The position numbers and the translations under genes were made by a program. A stretch of 64,000 bases of DNA, from the sequence record NC_061441.1. One strand, given 5' to 3'. The notes below the pieces were generated by a model that saw only the letters and a program-made list of their open reading frames with translations, did no database searches and had not been told where the DNA came from. Below, one piece after another: positions 1-9,450 of this stretch (its first letter is position 1; every line of letters starts with the position of its first letter).

Positions 1-43
1 GCAGATGCCCACCCCTTTATTATGTTACGGCTGTCGTTGTCGC

Positions 44-1669
44 TTAGGCTTCTGGTTCAACGTAGGTGTTGGTGCCAGTTACGAATGCGATTGCAACTTT
101 CTTCGCGGTGGTCAGCTCTACACGCAGGCTGTTCGCGTCGATGAACACAACTTCGTCAGGGATGATCTGGTAGCCAGTATCATCAACAACGGTGACGGTA
201 CCGAACTTGTGGCCAGCGTTGTGGGTGAAGGTGTGTGCAGTAGCAGCAACGTCACCGCTCGCAGTTTTGTCGTACTGGTAAACTTTAGCAGCAGAACCGC
301 TAGAGCCAGCAGCGATTGCATCGGTAACGAACTTCTTGCTCACCGCAGAGTTGTCGGTGTAGTCAGCGCTGTCGCCAGTCAGAGTAATCTGAGCAACGTC
401 ACCACCAGTAGCGTCGATGAAGCCACCAGCAGTTTTAACAGCAGCAACATCAACGATGATTTTGCTGTTATCAACGTCCTGTTTCAGGCCGGTACCCAGG
501 GCAGCAGCAGCGATCTGGCCGTAGCCCACACCGCCGTCGGCGATTGCGATACCGTCAACAGAGCGAGACAGAGTAGCGCCGTCCAGTTTAACGCGAGTGC
601 TGCCTGCGTTATCCTCCAGACCGCCGTTAGCGTCCAGTTTAGCAGTCACGGCATTGCCGGTGATCTGAATACCAGCGCCGACTTTAACGTTAACAACGTT
701 ACCAGCTTTTTCCAGACCGTCACCAGCGTTGAACTCAGAAGCACCGCCGAAGGTAGTCCACTCAGTACCATCGAAACGACGATACTCTTTGATATCTTTA
801 ACCCAGGTAACCGCACCACCAGCTTCGCTGTCAGTTGGGTCGAACACGATAACGAACGCAGTGCCGTTATAGCGAACGATCATGTTGTCAACCAGACCAG
901 TGATAGAACCGAAGTTCGGGTTGATGGTATCAGCAGACAGGATGATGTACTGCTTACCATTTTCCAGAACAGGGTCCAGAGTGCCGTCTGCCTGAATACC
1001 ATCAGAGTCTTTCAGCCAGTCGATGCCTGCGATAGCGTTGTCGATATCGATCTTACGAGCAGCGTCGTTCGGGTTAGCAGGAGCGGCCAGGTTAGCAACG
1101 GTATTACCGTTAGCGTCGAGGTCGCCAGTCAGTTGACCGTTAGCCGCATTCAGCTTACCACCCAGCGCAGTTTCGTTTGCGTTAGCTTTGTTGCTGACCG
1201 CAGTGATCTGAGACTGGATGTTAGAGCTTGCGCCAGACAGGTAGCCCAGCTCAGAAGCAGTGATGGTAGAGCTTTGCAGTTCAGAGTCAGCACCAGCGAT
1301 AACAACCGCGTTCTCTGTCAGGCCGCTGATTTTGTCTTGCTTGGTAGCAACAACGGTTTCAACGTGTTTCTTGGAAACAGCCGCGTTGTCAGCAGAAGCA
1401 GACTGGTCAGGACCAGACAGTTCGAGGTCAGCAGTCATTGCCACAGAACCGTCAGCCAGGATAGCGCCTTCTACAGAACCGCCACCAGCGCCCAGTTCCT
1501 GAATTGCAGTACCGTCGAAGTATTTGTACTTCTTATCGGTGCTGTTGTACCACATGCGGGCTTCTTGTGCCGCGACCAGATCACCAACTACAGGGTCGGC
1601 TGCAAGAACTTCTGGGCGGAAGTTCTTAATAGAGGCGCCGAGCATTAAATCAAGATTACCAGTACGCAT
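44..1669 (-). CDS. Tail fibre/whisker-type virion structural protein (541 aa)
   Basis: Long Gly/Ala-rich ORF with an RBS (AGGAG) upstream. Fibre-type repeats (AAVSKKHVET, DAARKIDID, SAVSKKFVTD), beta-repeats (GAGIQITGNAV) and a C-terminal 'HTFTHNAGHKFGTVTVVDDTG' module shared with 4194..5021. Confidence 0.7.
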   Translation of the reverse strand: MRTGNLDLMLGASIKNFRPEVLAADPVVGDLVAAQEARMWYNSTDKKYKYFDGTAIQELGAGGGSVEGAILADGSVAMTADLELSGPDQSASADNAAVSKKHVETVVATKQDKISGLTENAVVIAGADSELQSSTITASELGYLSGASSNIQSQITAVSNKANANETALGGKLNAANGQLTGDLDANGNTVANLAAPANPNDAARKIDIDNAIAGIDWLKDSDGIQADGTLDPVLENGKQYIILSADTINPNFGSITGLVDNMIVRYNGTAFVIVFDPTDSEAGGAVTWVKDIKEYRRFDGTEWTTFGGASEFNAGDGLEKAGNVVNVKVGAGIQITGNAVTAKLDANGGLEDNAGSTRVKLDGATLSRSVDGIAIADGGVGYGQIAAAALGTGLKQDVDNSKIIVDVAAVKTAGGFIDATGGDVAQITLTGDSADYTDNSAVSKKFVTDAIAAGSSGSAAKVYQYDKTASGDVAATAHTFTHNAGHKFGTVTVVDDTGYQIIPDEVVFIDANSLRVELTTAKKVAIAFVTGTNTYVEPEA

Positions 1670-1692
1670 TGTAAATCTCCTGTTGCGTGGGA

Positions 1693-2436
1693 TTAGAAGA
1701 ACTGACTGTCACAACCATCAAGGCTACAGCGTAACGCTTGATATGCGGTGGCACGTTCTTCCGTTAGATTGATATACTTATCGTCAATATTGTACTTCAC
1801 TCTAACAGGCACGTCGTACCCATCGAGCAGGCCGTGTCGCTTATAAGCATTCAGGCGTAGCACAGGTGAACTGACCTTAGCATGTTCCATGATGTTCAGG
1901 TCAATCTTGTCGGCGTAAATGAATGGACGCTCTCGCTTACACATGATGTAATCAATCTCATGCAAATTAAAGAGTGTGAAATTCATATAGCCAATAATGA
2001 ACTCCGCAATCAGCCTGAATGAATCAAACATATCAGGCCTAAATTGTTGTGTGAGAATATGATCAACGTACGGTCTGATCTCGGTACGCATCTCATACCA
2101 ACTCTCACAGAACAATGCAGGGAAGTCTTCAGGGTGATGGGCCATAAGGCCCAACACTTCTTTCTCTGTATCTGCAAAGGAACTTAAAATGTCTGAGGCA
2201 TCGTCAGACGCCTCGACACCACGACCGGTCGAAATAAAACGACGCTCAATGTCTCTCAACCAAGATTCCGAAGCAGATAGGTATTGGAGCAGTGTTTCTC
2301 TCGCGGCAGCCGAGAACTCATGCCTGTCGGAGTCAAGAACCTCACCGAGCATGAAGGCTTTCGCTTTGTAGAAATCAATATAGCGCTCGGCGGTAAATCG
2401 TCGAAACCCTATGTTATTCCTCAAATAGCCCATCAT
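1693..2436 (-). CDS. Hypothetical soluble, mostly alpha-helical protein (247 aa)
   Basis: Uninterrupted ORF translationally coupled to the upstream gene (4-nt ATGA-type overlap); no recognisable family. Confidence 0.75.
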   Translation of the reverse strand: MMGYLRNNIGFRRFTAERYIDFYKAKAFMLGEVLDSDRHEFSAAARETLLQYLSASESWLRDIERRFISTGRGVEASDDASDILSSFADTEKEVLGLMAHHPEDFPALFCESWYEMRTEIRPYVDHILTQQFRPDMFDSFRLIAEFIIGYMNFTLFNLHEIDYIMCKRERPFIYADKIDLNIMEHAKVSSPVLRLNAYKRHGLLDGYDVPVRVKYNIDDKYINLTEERATAYQALRCSLDGCDSQFF

Positions 2437-2948
2437 CGCAATGCCCTCAGATCATTCAACTCCGTGTTGCCTTGAGCGTTTGGAGTTGTGTAGAGAGAAC
2501 TGGAGATGCTCTGCAATCTCAGCCCGAGCTTCTCAAGTTCTTGCTGGTTGCCACCTAACTTCTCAAGGACTTCACGCATAAGTTCAACGGAGCCTTGATG
2601 GTCGCGGGATTGCTGGGAAATGATTCGTTCGAAGCGCTGCATAGCACGGAGAACAGAGTTCAATCCCTCTTTCATATCCAAATTATCGACTGGTGCAGAA
2701 TCAGAAATTGACTGAATCATTCGCATCATCTGCGCCAAGTCGGCTTGCAATTCATCGCTATCTGTATTGATAGGACGACCTGCTTCTAGCTCTGCGTTAC
2801 GCGCTTTCAATTGCTCCAGTTCTTCAAGCTGAGGCAGTAGCTTCAACCAAACGTATGCACCACCTGCGATTAGCAGAACTACAGAGAAGACAGTCGCGTA
2901 GTTGGACGCAAGCAACTTGTCTAAAATTTCCGCCCACATTATATTCAA
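2433..2948 (-). CDS. Single-pass membrane protein with long coiled coil (holin/i-spanin-like architecture, 171 aa)
   Basis: N-terminal hydrophobic helix (YATVFSVVLLIAGGAYVWLKLL) followed by heptad-rich helical region; 4-nt overlaps with both neighbours. Confidence 0.65.
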   Translation of the reverse strand: MNIMWAEILDKLLASNYATVFSVVLLIAGGAYVWLKLLPQLEELEQLKARNAELEAGRPINTDSDELQADLAQMMRMIQSISDSAPVDNLDMKEGLNSVLRAMQRFERIISQQSRDHQGSVELMREVLEKLGGNQQELEKLGLRLQSISSSLYTTPNAQGNTELNDLRALR

Positions 2949-3229
2949 CCCTTACAGGTGTTATCGTTCAGATCAACAATGACCCTCTCGGCACCTGGTT
3001 CGTTTACGTCAGTGGTTTTGTACGTGTGCGCCATCCTAGGCTTGAACTCTAAGCAGCTCTGACCGTAACGTCCATCGACAACACAGATGGCGGACAGGCA
3101 ACTCACATCTTCCTTGAGAATTAAATTTTCAGGAGACTGGTTGACACTCCTAACGGCAGTGATTACAAACCCAACCACAGCGATAGCAATGACAACCACA
3201 ATGGCAATCCTAATTCGCTTGGCTTGCAT
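2945..3229 (-). CDS. Small membrane-anchored protein with four Cys in the soluble domain (94 aa)
   Basis: Basic N-terminus (MQAKRIR) plus one TM helix (IAIVVVIAIAVVGFVITAV); Cys in SCLSAIC, QSCLE and NTCKG; RBS GAGG upstream. Confidence 0.7.
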   Translation of the reverse strand: MQAKRIRIAIVVVIAIAVVGFVITAVRSVNQSPENLILKEDVSCLSAICVVDGRYGQSCLEFKPRMAHTYKTTDVNEPGAERVIVDLNDNTCKG

Positions 3230-3264
3230 TTTTGGTTCTACCTCACAGTCCTTTTATCTGACTG

Positions 3265-3272
3265 AAATTAGC
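3265..3272 (-). promoter_or_regulatory. Putative phage late-promoter motif GCTAATTT
   Basis: Intergenic copy 36 nt upstream of the 3229 start; same octamer recurs upstream of several structural operons. Confidence 0.5.
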
Positions 3273-3294
3273 GAACCACACGCCCTGCGAGGAT

Positions 3295-4323
3295 TTATTC
3301 CTCCAATACGCCACTAATCTCCGTAAACATATTTTTGTACACTAAACTCCCACCAAGTTTGTCCAATCTGTCCACCAGCACATATAGCTTCGGTGTCGTG
3401 CGCATGTTAGCCCACGTCTTCTCGTTCGGGTCGAGTCCGCCTACAGTAGGCACAATCACCAGACTGAGGTTTTTATTGGCTCGAACGAAACCGATATCCA
3501 GATGCGTCCTGTTTATAGTCCTGATAAGCCTATTGATTGCGTCCAAACCAACAGGCTTGTTGAATTCCGTATCATTGACAGTGTTGACCAAACTAATGAG
3601 AATTCCTTTGTCTTTCGTGTCGATATCAAACAGGTCTGCTTTCAGATCTGCCACAGTTGATGCCGAGAAGTATGACACGTCGTGGTTAAGATCTTTCAGG
3701 CAGGAGCCTAAGGCACGCGCCGATTCGATGTGAGCCACGTTGTCATCCCGAAGAATATACACAGGCGCATCTGGCTGGTGGGTGCGTTTCGATATCAAAT
3801 CAATAAGCTCGCAAGAGGGTCGACCAACAGTAGCCAGCCCCTTGTTAGCAATATAGAATTTGTCACGATACACGTCGTATATGTTAGGAGGCATATACTT
3901 CATGTAGTCATCGTCCAGACTAAGAATCATTCGAGGCTTAGTTAATTGAACGACCAATTGCATACTACGGAGCGAAGCCTTGTACTCTGTATCGGAGAGC
4001 ACACGGCTAATCGGCAGATACTGCACAACCACAAAGCGTTCGTCGATTGAGTCAACGACAGACCGTATGAGTGTGCTGCCTAATGTAGGTCCAGCAGAGA
4101 ACTGGGTAACGATCATCAAACTACCTGCAACCAAGCTACGTGTCTTAGCTACCGTCTGACCGCTACCCAGCTCGACTACGGAGGACTCCCACGTTATGGC
4201 TGGATCGTCTCGTCCGCTATCGGCATGTACATAAGCTGCGCCACACCAGAGACAGGCTCCAAGAATGTAAGCAGCAATACGTTGTCCGGATCGGCCTCTG
4301 CGGGATTGACCGTTTCGGGCCAT
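3295..4323 (-). CDS. Secreted periplasmic-binding-protein-like (ABC substrate-binding/sensor-domain-like) protein (342 aa)
   Basis: Strong RBS (GAGAGGAG, 7 nt from ATG). Signal peptide (basic n-region, AAYILGACLWCGAAYVHA|D). Alternating beta/alpha pattern with KPRMILSLDDD resembling the KPDxIIAxDD motif of type I PBP sensor domains. Confidence 0.55.
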   Translation of the reverse strand: MARNGQSRRGRSGQRIAAYILGACLWCGAAYVHADSGRDDPAITWESSVVELGSGQTVAKTRSLVAGSLMIVTQFSAGPTLGSTLIRSVVDSIDERFVVVQYLPISRVLSDTEYKASLRSMQLVVQLTKPRMILSLDDDYMKYMPPNIYDVYRDKFYIANKGLATVGRPSCELIDLISKRTHQPDAPVYILRDDNVAHIESARALGSCLKDLNHDVSYFSASTVADLKADLFDIDTKDKGILISLVNTVNDTEFNKPVGLDAINRLIRTINRTHLDIGFVRANKNLSLVIVPTVGGLDPNEKTWANMRTTPKLYVLVDRLDKLGGSLVYKNMFTEISGVLEE

Positions 4324-5021
4324 AGCACTTCTCCTCTCTCGTCAGTGACGTAAGGAATGCCGGCGCCTTTACCCAATCCATGTCGTAAAGCCCAAACAGT
4401 GTCGGCATTCTCCTGCACGAACACTAACCCTTTGACTTGCACATCGGACGTTGCATTCTCCAGTACCTCAACGCGCTTCTCAAGAAGCTCGGCATCGGAT
4501 TGCAGCACACGAATAGCAGACAGGTTAGAGTTAACGCGCTGGTTCATGTTGTTGAACATGGTGAAGAACGAGTTGTTCATCGCCGTGCGAACGCCGTCCG
4601 TATAGGACTTTGGAATTAGTTCATCGTTATCAAACGTTGTTACGCCTGTACGCGCGAGAACTTTACCGGTAAGACGTCCACCACTTGCGCTGATAATCTG
4701 AGGAGCAGGCAAATCAGCCTCATCCCAGATTTGAACAGTGGTCATCACCGTATTGTAGTCGGTCTCTTCCTGCCACGTATTCTTATACGGTGCAGTAGCC
4801 GTTTTGGACTTACGACGCATGACTTTCTTATAGCCAGCGTTCGATCCATCGGCGATGATCCAGAGACCGTTCAGTGGAAATACGTGAGTAATAGGTTCGG
4901 CGAACGAAAGAATAATCGTAACGTCGGCGCCTACCTTGTACGCAATATCGTTCGACGCAGAAAGCCCTTGCTGTTGGGCAAGAGCAATCAGCGTGTCCAC
5001 GTAGTTAGTCAACTGGCTCAT
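4194..5021 (-). CDS. Fibre-associated virion protein (275 aa)
   Basis: Fibre repeat (ELIPKSYTD), short coiled coil, C-terminal 'WALRHGLG..PYVTDERG' module related to the C-terminus of 44..1669. Confidence 0.65.
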   Translation of the reverse strand: MSQLTNYVDTLIALAQQQGLSASNDIAYKVGADVTIILSFAEPITHVFPLNGLWIIADGSNAGYKKVMRRKSKTATAPYKNTWQEETDYNTVMTTVQIWDEADLPAPQIISASGGRLTGKVLARTGVTTFDNDELIPKSYTDGVRTAMNNSFFTMFNNMNQRVNSNLSAIRVLQSDAELLEKRVEVLENATSDVQVKGLVFVQENADTVWALRHGLGKGAGIPYVTDERGEVLWPETVNPAEADPDNVLLLTFLEPVSGVAQLMYMPIADETIQP

Positions 5022-5481
5022 CCGAAACTCCTAACGATTGTAAAAGTGAAGAACTTGTATCGGAGAAGGCCTTAGCTATTGCTTTAGCGGCAACCTTATC
5101 GACAACGAGAGTGCTGATTCGGCCTTTGGTGTTGCATACAATTGTCTGCGGTGCATACTGTGCAAGCGCCAAAGCGAATAGCAGATGGTTGCCTAGATCA
5201 CCTGAGATAGAAACTTCCACGTCAAGTTCAGGCACGTAGATGTTCTGGTTGATTTCGGCAACAAACTGCGCCAGCGCAACAGGGTCGAACTCAGGGAGCG
5301 CTGTATCATAATCCTCAACAAGATCAATCTGTCTTGTTTCGGGATAGTAACGAAATGCAGCAGGGTCAGAGATGATGCGACCAAATAAATCGTCGCTCAC
5401 CTCGATGCAATACTCATCCGTCTTTTCACGTACACGACCAACAATGCTGTTGTTCGCTGGATTGATTCTGATAATAGGCAT
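5005..5481 (-). CDS. Probable tail-fibre assembly/chaperone protein (158 aa)
   Basis: Small acidic ORF directly downstream of a fibre gene; size and position typical of fibre chaperones. Confidence 0.5.
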   Translation of the reverse strand: MPIIRINPANNSIVGRVREKTDEYCIEVSDDLFGRIISDPAAFRYYPETRQIDLVEDYDTALPEFDPVALAQFVAEINQNIYVPELDVEVSISGDLGNHLLFALALAQYAPQTIVCNTKGRISTLVVDKVAAKAIAKAFSDTSSSLLQSLGVSDEPVD

Positions 5482-5483
5482 CG

Positions 5484-6305
5484 TTAGTCTCCCACTGCCG
5501 TGTACCAGAAGTCCCAGCCTACAGTATTGGTGCCGCTGGACTTAATGGTAAAGCCACCTAACAAGGCGTTCTCGTTCACTGCACTAGTACCATCAAGGTT
5601 GTAGAGCGTAAACGTCTTAGCCTGGTTCGTTGCAGCATTCAAGAACGTAATCTGAATGCTAAGGCAGCGGTTGATGAACGGGCTGTTGAAGATAACGTGA
5701 ATGGTATCAGTAGTTGATTTGTTCACGATGCGACCCATGTTCTGGGTAAAGCCCGTGTTCATATCTCTGTTACTACCGACCCATGCGTTTGGAATCACAG
5801 CACCTGTTACAGGGTCAAGTGCTTGCGCTGTTCGATACTCGTCGATAGCAGCATCACGCCCCGGGTTACCAGTAGGACCCGTCGCACCAGTAGGACCGAC
5901 TGCTCCAGTGTTACCAGTAGCGCCAACAGGACCAGTGTTGCCCGTAGGACCATTACGTCCTCTTGGACCACGAGGGCCTGGGCAGCCGTCTTCACCGTCA
6001 CGACCGTCACGACCGTCAGCACCAGGCAGACCGCGTAAGCCGTCTTTACCCTGCTTGCCTTCGCGCCCTGACTTGAGCTGGTCGGCAGTAGGCAAACCAA
6101 TAACGTTCGTCTGACTGCCATCAGGCCAAATGAGTGTTAACGTACCTGTTGTCGTATCGAACTGAGCACCCTGAGCACCTGGAATCTTCGCAGCTTCTTG
6201 CGGACTGATAAACGCGACCGCAGTAGAAGTCTTCTTACCTAGCACTTTACCGACGGGGTCATTACCACCGTCGATGAGTGAAGGATTAATGCGTGTTAAA
6301 GACAT
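5484..6305 (-). CDS. Collagen-like fibre protein D (24 Gly-X-Y triplets, C-terminal beta-sandwich tip domain)
   Basis: GREGKQGKD...GNPGRD repeat; N-terminal FDTTTGTLTL..GLPT domain; C-terminal 'VIFNSPF...GFTI...WDFWYTAVG' typical fibre-tip domain. Confidence 0.8.
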   Translation of the reverse strand: MSLTRINPSLIDGGNDPVGKVLGKKTSTAVAFISPQEAAKIPGAQGAQFDTTTGTLTLIWPDGSQTNVIGLPTADQLKSGREGKQGKDGLRGLPGADGRDGRDGEDGCPGPRGPRGRNGPTGNTGPVGATGNTGAVGPTGATGPTGNPGRDAAIDEYRTAQALDPVTGAVIPNAWVGSNRDMNTGFTQNMGRIVNKSTTDTIHVIFNSPFINRCLSIQITFLNAATNQAKTFTLYNLDGTSAVNENALLGGFTIKSSGTNTVGWDFWYTAVGD

Positions 6306-6315
6306 GGGTGAGCTC

Positions 6316-6519
6316 CTAACCAGTCAGTGTTGTCCAATCAGGTTGACCCGATTGCCCGGCTTCTGGGTTTTTGACTTTCGTGTTATTGATTGTCATACGA
6401 ACCCAACGGACAGTACCGTCCGCATCTTGCCACCGAACCTTCGTGCCACCGTATGCTAAATTAGCTACCCATCTGTCTCTGCTTGGGTCTTTGAATGCTA
6501 AACGTGCATATGCAGGCAT
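6316..6519 (-). CDS. Small Trp-rich fibre adaptor protein (67 aa)
   Basis: RBS TAAGGAG; three short (R/K)xxxxxxW repeats like the N-terminus of 9449..11467. Confidence 0.7.
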   Translation of the reverse strand: MPAYARLAFKDPSRDRWVANLAYGGTKVRWQDADGTVRWVRMTINNTKVKNPEAGQSGQPDWTTLTG

Positions 6520-6528
6520 AAGTTCTCC

Positions 6529-9405
6529 TTACTCGATCTCACTTGGTTCCCAGCACAGAATAGGACGGCGCCATACTTGGAACACACCGATAGGGTTAGA
6601 ACGGAAGTCATCAATGTACGCATCGAAAGTACGACCGCCACTGTTACCGCTTTTCATCAGTGTCCGTAAGTCCTGATACCAAGAAGCACGTCCACCTGAG
6701 TCTGCTTCGAACAGTCCTTCCCACACCATATCAAAAGCGCCATTCCATGCGTTGAAGTGATGAGAAGAATATGCACCATCACCAACAGAACACAGCACCA
6801 TGTACTGGTAGTCTTTCACGCACGGAATCATGTAGTCATTACCGCGTGGAATAGCCGTGCCATTGTTGTTGAAGATACACTCCCAACCAGTACGGTCTGC
6901 GGCGCCCGTGGTCAAGAACAGAGGACGACGAATGATCATCATAATCCCGTTCGCCCAGCCGTCATTGCTTGACTTCTCGCAGTACGCATTGCAGCGTAAC
7001 GCACGGTCTACCGTAAACGTGGTAGAGTTTGAGAAGTCGCGGCAGTAATAGTTCGAACCCCACTTAGGCAGATACTCTGCTGGTGGCACGAAGAAGTGAC
7101 GTTCAGCCAATTCAACTTCACCGTAAGCATCATACGCAAACACGATGTACTCGAAGCCTGCTTCAATCTGAATGTTATGGCCCTGTGAGCCATAGCCACT
7201 CCACTTCCACACAACCTGCCAATCGTTTGTGTCTCGCTCAGGCATTTCCGTGATGAGCTGATACGGACGCTCGTACACATGCCACACCTTCCCTTCTTCT
7301 GTCGTGTTGATGTACAGAGAGTTAGGGTCGTTGATGTTACCGTTAGACGTACCACAGTAAACTTTATGCGATGCACCAGCAGTGTTGTAGATAGTGCCTG
7401 AGCCGATACCTGCGAACATATCCCAGTTCATCATCAGGTGCGATGTACACATTTCGTTCTGGCCTGCACCATCAGATGTTGAGAGCAGATACTCATTGAG
7501 GTCTTTGAACGCATAGCGCACATAGTTAGAGCCAGCACGGTTAACGCGGTGTACCCAGTCATGCGATTGAACTTTCGGCACAGGGAAGCATGGGTTAGTG
7601 ACAGACACGACGAAGTTTTTAGTTTCGTACATCGGCAGTTTCTTGAAGCGGTTATCACGAATTGTTACCGTGTGCTTCATGCCATATGTCTGCGCACCGT
7701 CCATACCGCCTAACACTTTATAGTACGACTCATGCGCACTCTTGGTGTTTTCGTACAGACTAGTGATGCCAAGCCCAACGTTGCCGTCACGGTCAGTGCC
7801 GCAGCAGAAGGGCACGTTACCTGAATCGAAGTCAAAGCCAACAGAGTAATAGCTGTCAGGTGAACTTGATTTAGGGCCCCAGTAGAGTTCGGTGTAAGCA
7901 GAACCCTCACCGATACCTGGCTCACCGAACACGCAGTATGCAGCACGATACACATACTGACTGCCCTGGAACACACGGCGTGATGCGCCAATGCGATACA
8001 TAGCAGCAGGAAGACCGCCCTGTACACGGTTAACGTCAGCCGTATCATACGACACAACGAAGACATAACAGTCGGTGCCGATTGAGTTGAGAAACGCAGC
8101 ACAGGCAGCAGCGTTAGTTGCACCTGGAGCTGTACCTTCGGCCGATGCGTGAATGTCGAACACACGGCGCTCAAGCAACGCAAGGTCAGACTTACGAATC
8201 TTATAGACGTTCAGGCCACGCGTATCTCGGTACGTCACACCATTATAGACAGTGTAGCCATAGTCACCAGTGTCTAGGTAACGCTGATAACCAACTACGT
8301 GCGAGAACAGTTTACTACGTGCTTGCAGCGACTGACCATTCTGATTCGACCAACTAACCGATACATCACCAGCAGCCATACGTGCTGCCCAGTCATCAGG
8401 CTTGTATGGGTATGTGGTAACATCGAAGTTCACACCGTACGCGGAGCCTGGTTCTACGCAGCATGGATTACGATAGATGATTGGTGGATCAATCACTATG
8501 TCATCAGGGATATCGACTTGACCGCAGTACAGTTGCTTCCACGTACCAGGCTGACCTCCGAGCGAACTAGGTCCAGCAGCAGGTGTTGTGTTGAACTGAT
8601 AGATAGCAGACGTGCGGTAGTTAATCTGGTTGTGAAGCTGAGGAACGTTCGTCCACGCAATGTGATTACCGAACGAGTTAATGCTTTTGTCGTGTGCGGC
8701 AGGAGTCGAGACAACATAAGCCTGACCGTTACTGCGAATGCCGAGTGGGTTGAAGATAGCGTTGAAGTTAACGTTACCCTCGTAGGCATTCTTCTGCAAT
8801 ACAATCAGGTGAACTCCATTGCGGTGCGCCTCACGTAAAGCAGTGAGCATCGCTGTAGGCATACTCTGGTTAGTCGCAGACAACAGCAGCATGACACAAC
8901 TGAACTGTTTGAAGTAGCGATAGTCACCGTTGTAGCCATAGGCGCCTGCGTTAATCTCTTGCCAGCTATGCGCCAACATATCGAGAGGCATACGTTGCAT
9001 GTAACCAACGAGCTGGCCCCACGACTCCATGGCCGTATCATCGTTGACAGGAGCAAGGTCGGAGATGACCAGCATCGTACTGCCGTTTGTGATGTTTGCG
9101 TTGAAGCCACGCTGGGTCAGCAGGTGGCGGAACACACCCATGTTGTTGATAGACTTGTTACGGTAGTTGCCCATCCACCCGTAGTTAGAATCTACAAGAG
9201 GGCTACCGTCTCGAACAAATCGACCATTCATATAAACAGAGGCAAAGCCGCAGACGTATGCTTGCGCGTGTCCGTCCACTACGAACGAAGTAAAGCGGGA
9301 AGCATCTACCGCCATCGCATTAACAGCAGCCTCAGAGCCATTGCCGGGACTACCACTAAACACAGGAGTGATGCCTCGTGCGTACAGGCAACTTTGTTGC
9401 AGCAT
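6529..9405 (-). CDS. ILEI/PANDER (GG-lectin)-domain virion fibre protein (958 aa)
   Basis: ILEI-like segment RGLNVYKI...FDIHAS...CYVFVVSYD...YRAAYCVFGEPGIGEG; C-terminal tandem aromatic-rich repeats. Confidence 0.7.
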   Translation of the reverse strand: MLQQSCLYARGITPVFSGSPGNGSEAAVNAMAVDASRFTSFVVDGHAQAYVCGFASVYMNGRFVRDGSPLVDSNYGWMGNYRNKSINNMGVFRHLLTQRGFNANITNGSTMLVISDLAPVNDDTAMESWGQLVGYMQRMPLDMLAHSWQEINAGAYGYNGDYRYFKQFSCVMLLLSATNQSMPTAMLTALREAHRNGVHLIVLQKNAYEGNVNFNAIFNPLGIRSNGQAYVVSTPAAHDKSINSFGNHIAWTNVPQLHNQINYRTSAIYQFNTTPAAGPSSLGGQPGTWKQLYCGQVDIPDDIVIDPPIIYRNPCCVEPGSAYGVNFDVTTYPYKPDDWAARMAAGDVSVSWSNQNGQSLQARSKLFSHVVGYQRYLDTGDYGYTVYNGVTYRDTRGLNVYKIRKSDLALLERRVFDIHASAEGTAPGATNAAACAAFLNSIGTDCYVFVVSYDTADVNRVQGGLPAAMYRIGASRRVFQGSQYVYRAAYCVFGEPGIGEGSAYTELYWGPKSSSPDSYYSVGFDFDSGNVPFCCGTDRDGNVGLGITSLYENTKSAHESYYKVLGGMDGAQTYGMKHTVTIRDNRFKKLPMYETKNFVVSVTNPCFPVPKVQSHDWVHRVNRAGSNYVRYAFKDLNEYLLSTSDGAGQNEMCTSHLMMNWDMFAGIGSGTIYNTAGASHKVYCGTSNGNINDPNSLYINTTEEGKVWHVYERPYQLITEMPERDTNDWQVVWKWSGYGSQGHNIQIEAGFEYIVFAYDAYGEVELAERHFFVPPAEYLPKWGSNYYCRDFSNSTTFTVDRALRCNAYCEKSSNDGWANGIMMIIRRPLFLTTGAADRTGWECIFNNNGTAIPRGNDYMIPCVKDYQYMVLCSVGDGAYSSHHFNAWNGAFDMVWEGLFEADSGGRASWYQDLRTLMKSGNSGGRTFDAYIDDFRSNPIGVFQVWRRPILCWEPSEIE

Positions 9406-9425
9406 GTTATGTCCTTAAGATCGGC

Positions 9426-9450
9426 AAGAGGGGCCGAAGCCCCTTCTTTT
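9426..9450. terminator. GC-rich hairpin with C(UUCG)G loop on the minus strand; T-tract on the plus strand
   Basis: AAGAGGGGC-CGAA-GCCCCTTCTTTT lies between two fibre genes. Confidence 0.6.

Noticed and set aside
5-1648. 547-aa plus-strand ORF
   Set aside because: Antisense shadow of the strongly codon-biased fibre gene 44..1669; Ser/Val/Thr-rich composition, no RBS or motifs.
6457-6464. Extra GCTAATTT motif
   Set aside because: Inside the 67-aa coding sequence and about 150 nt from the next start; probably chance.
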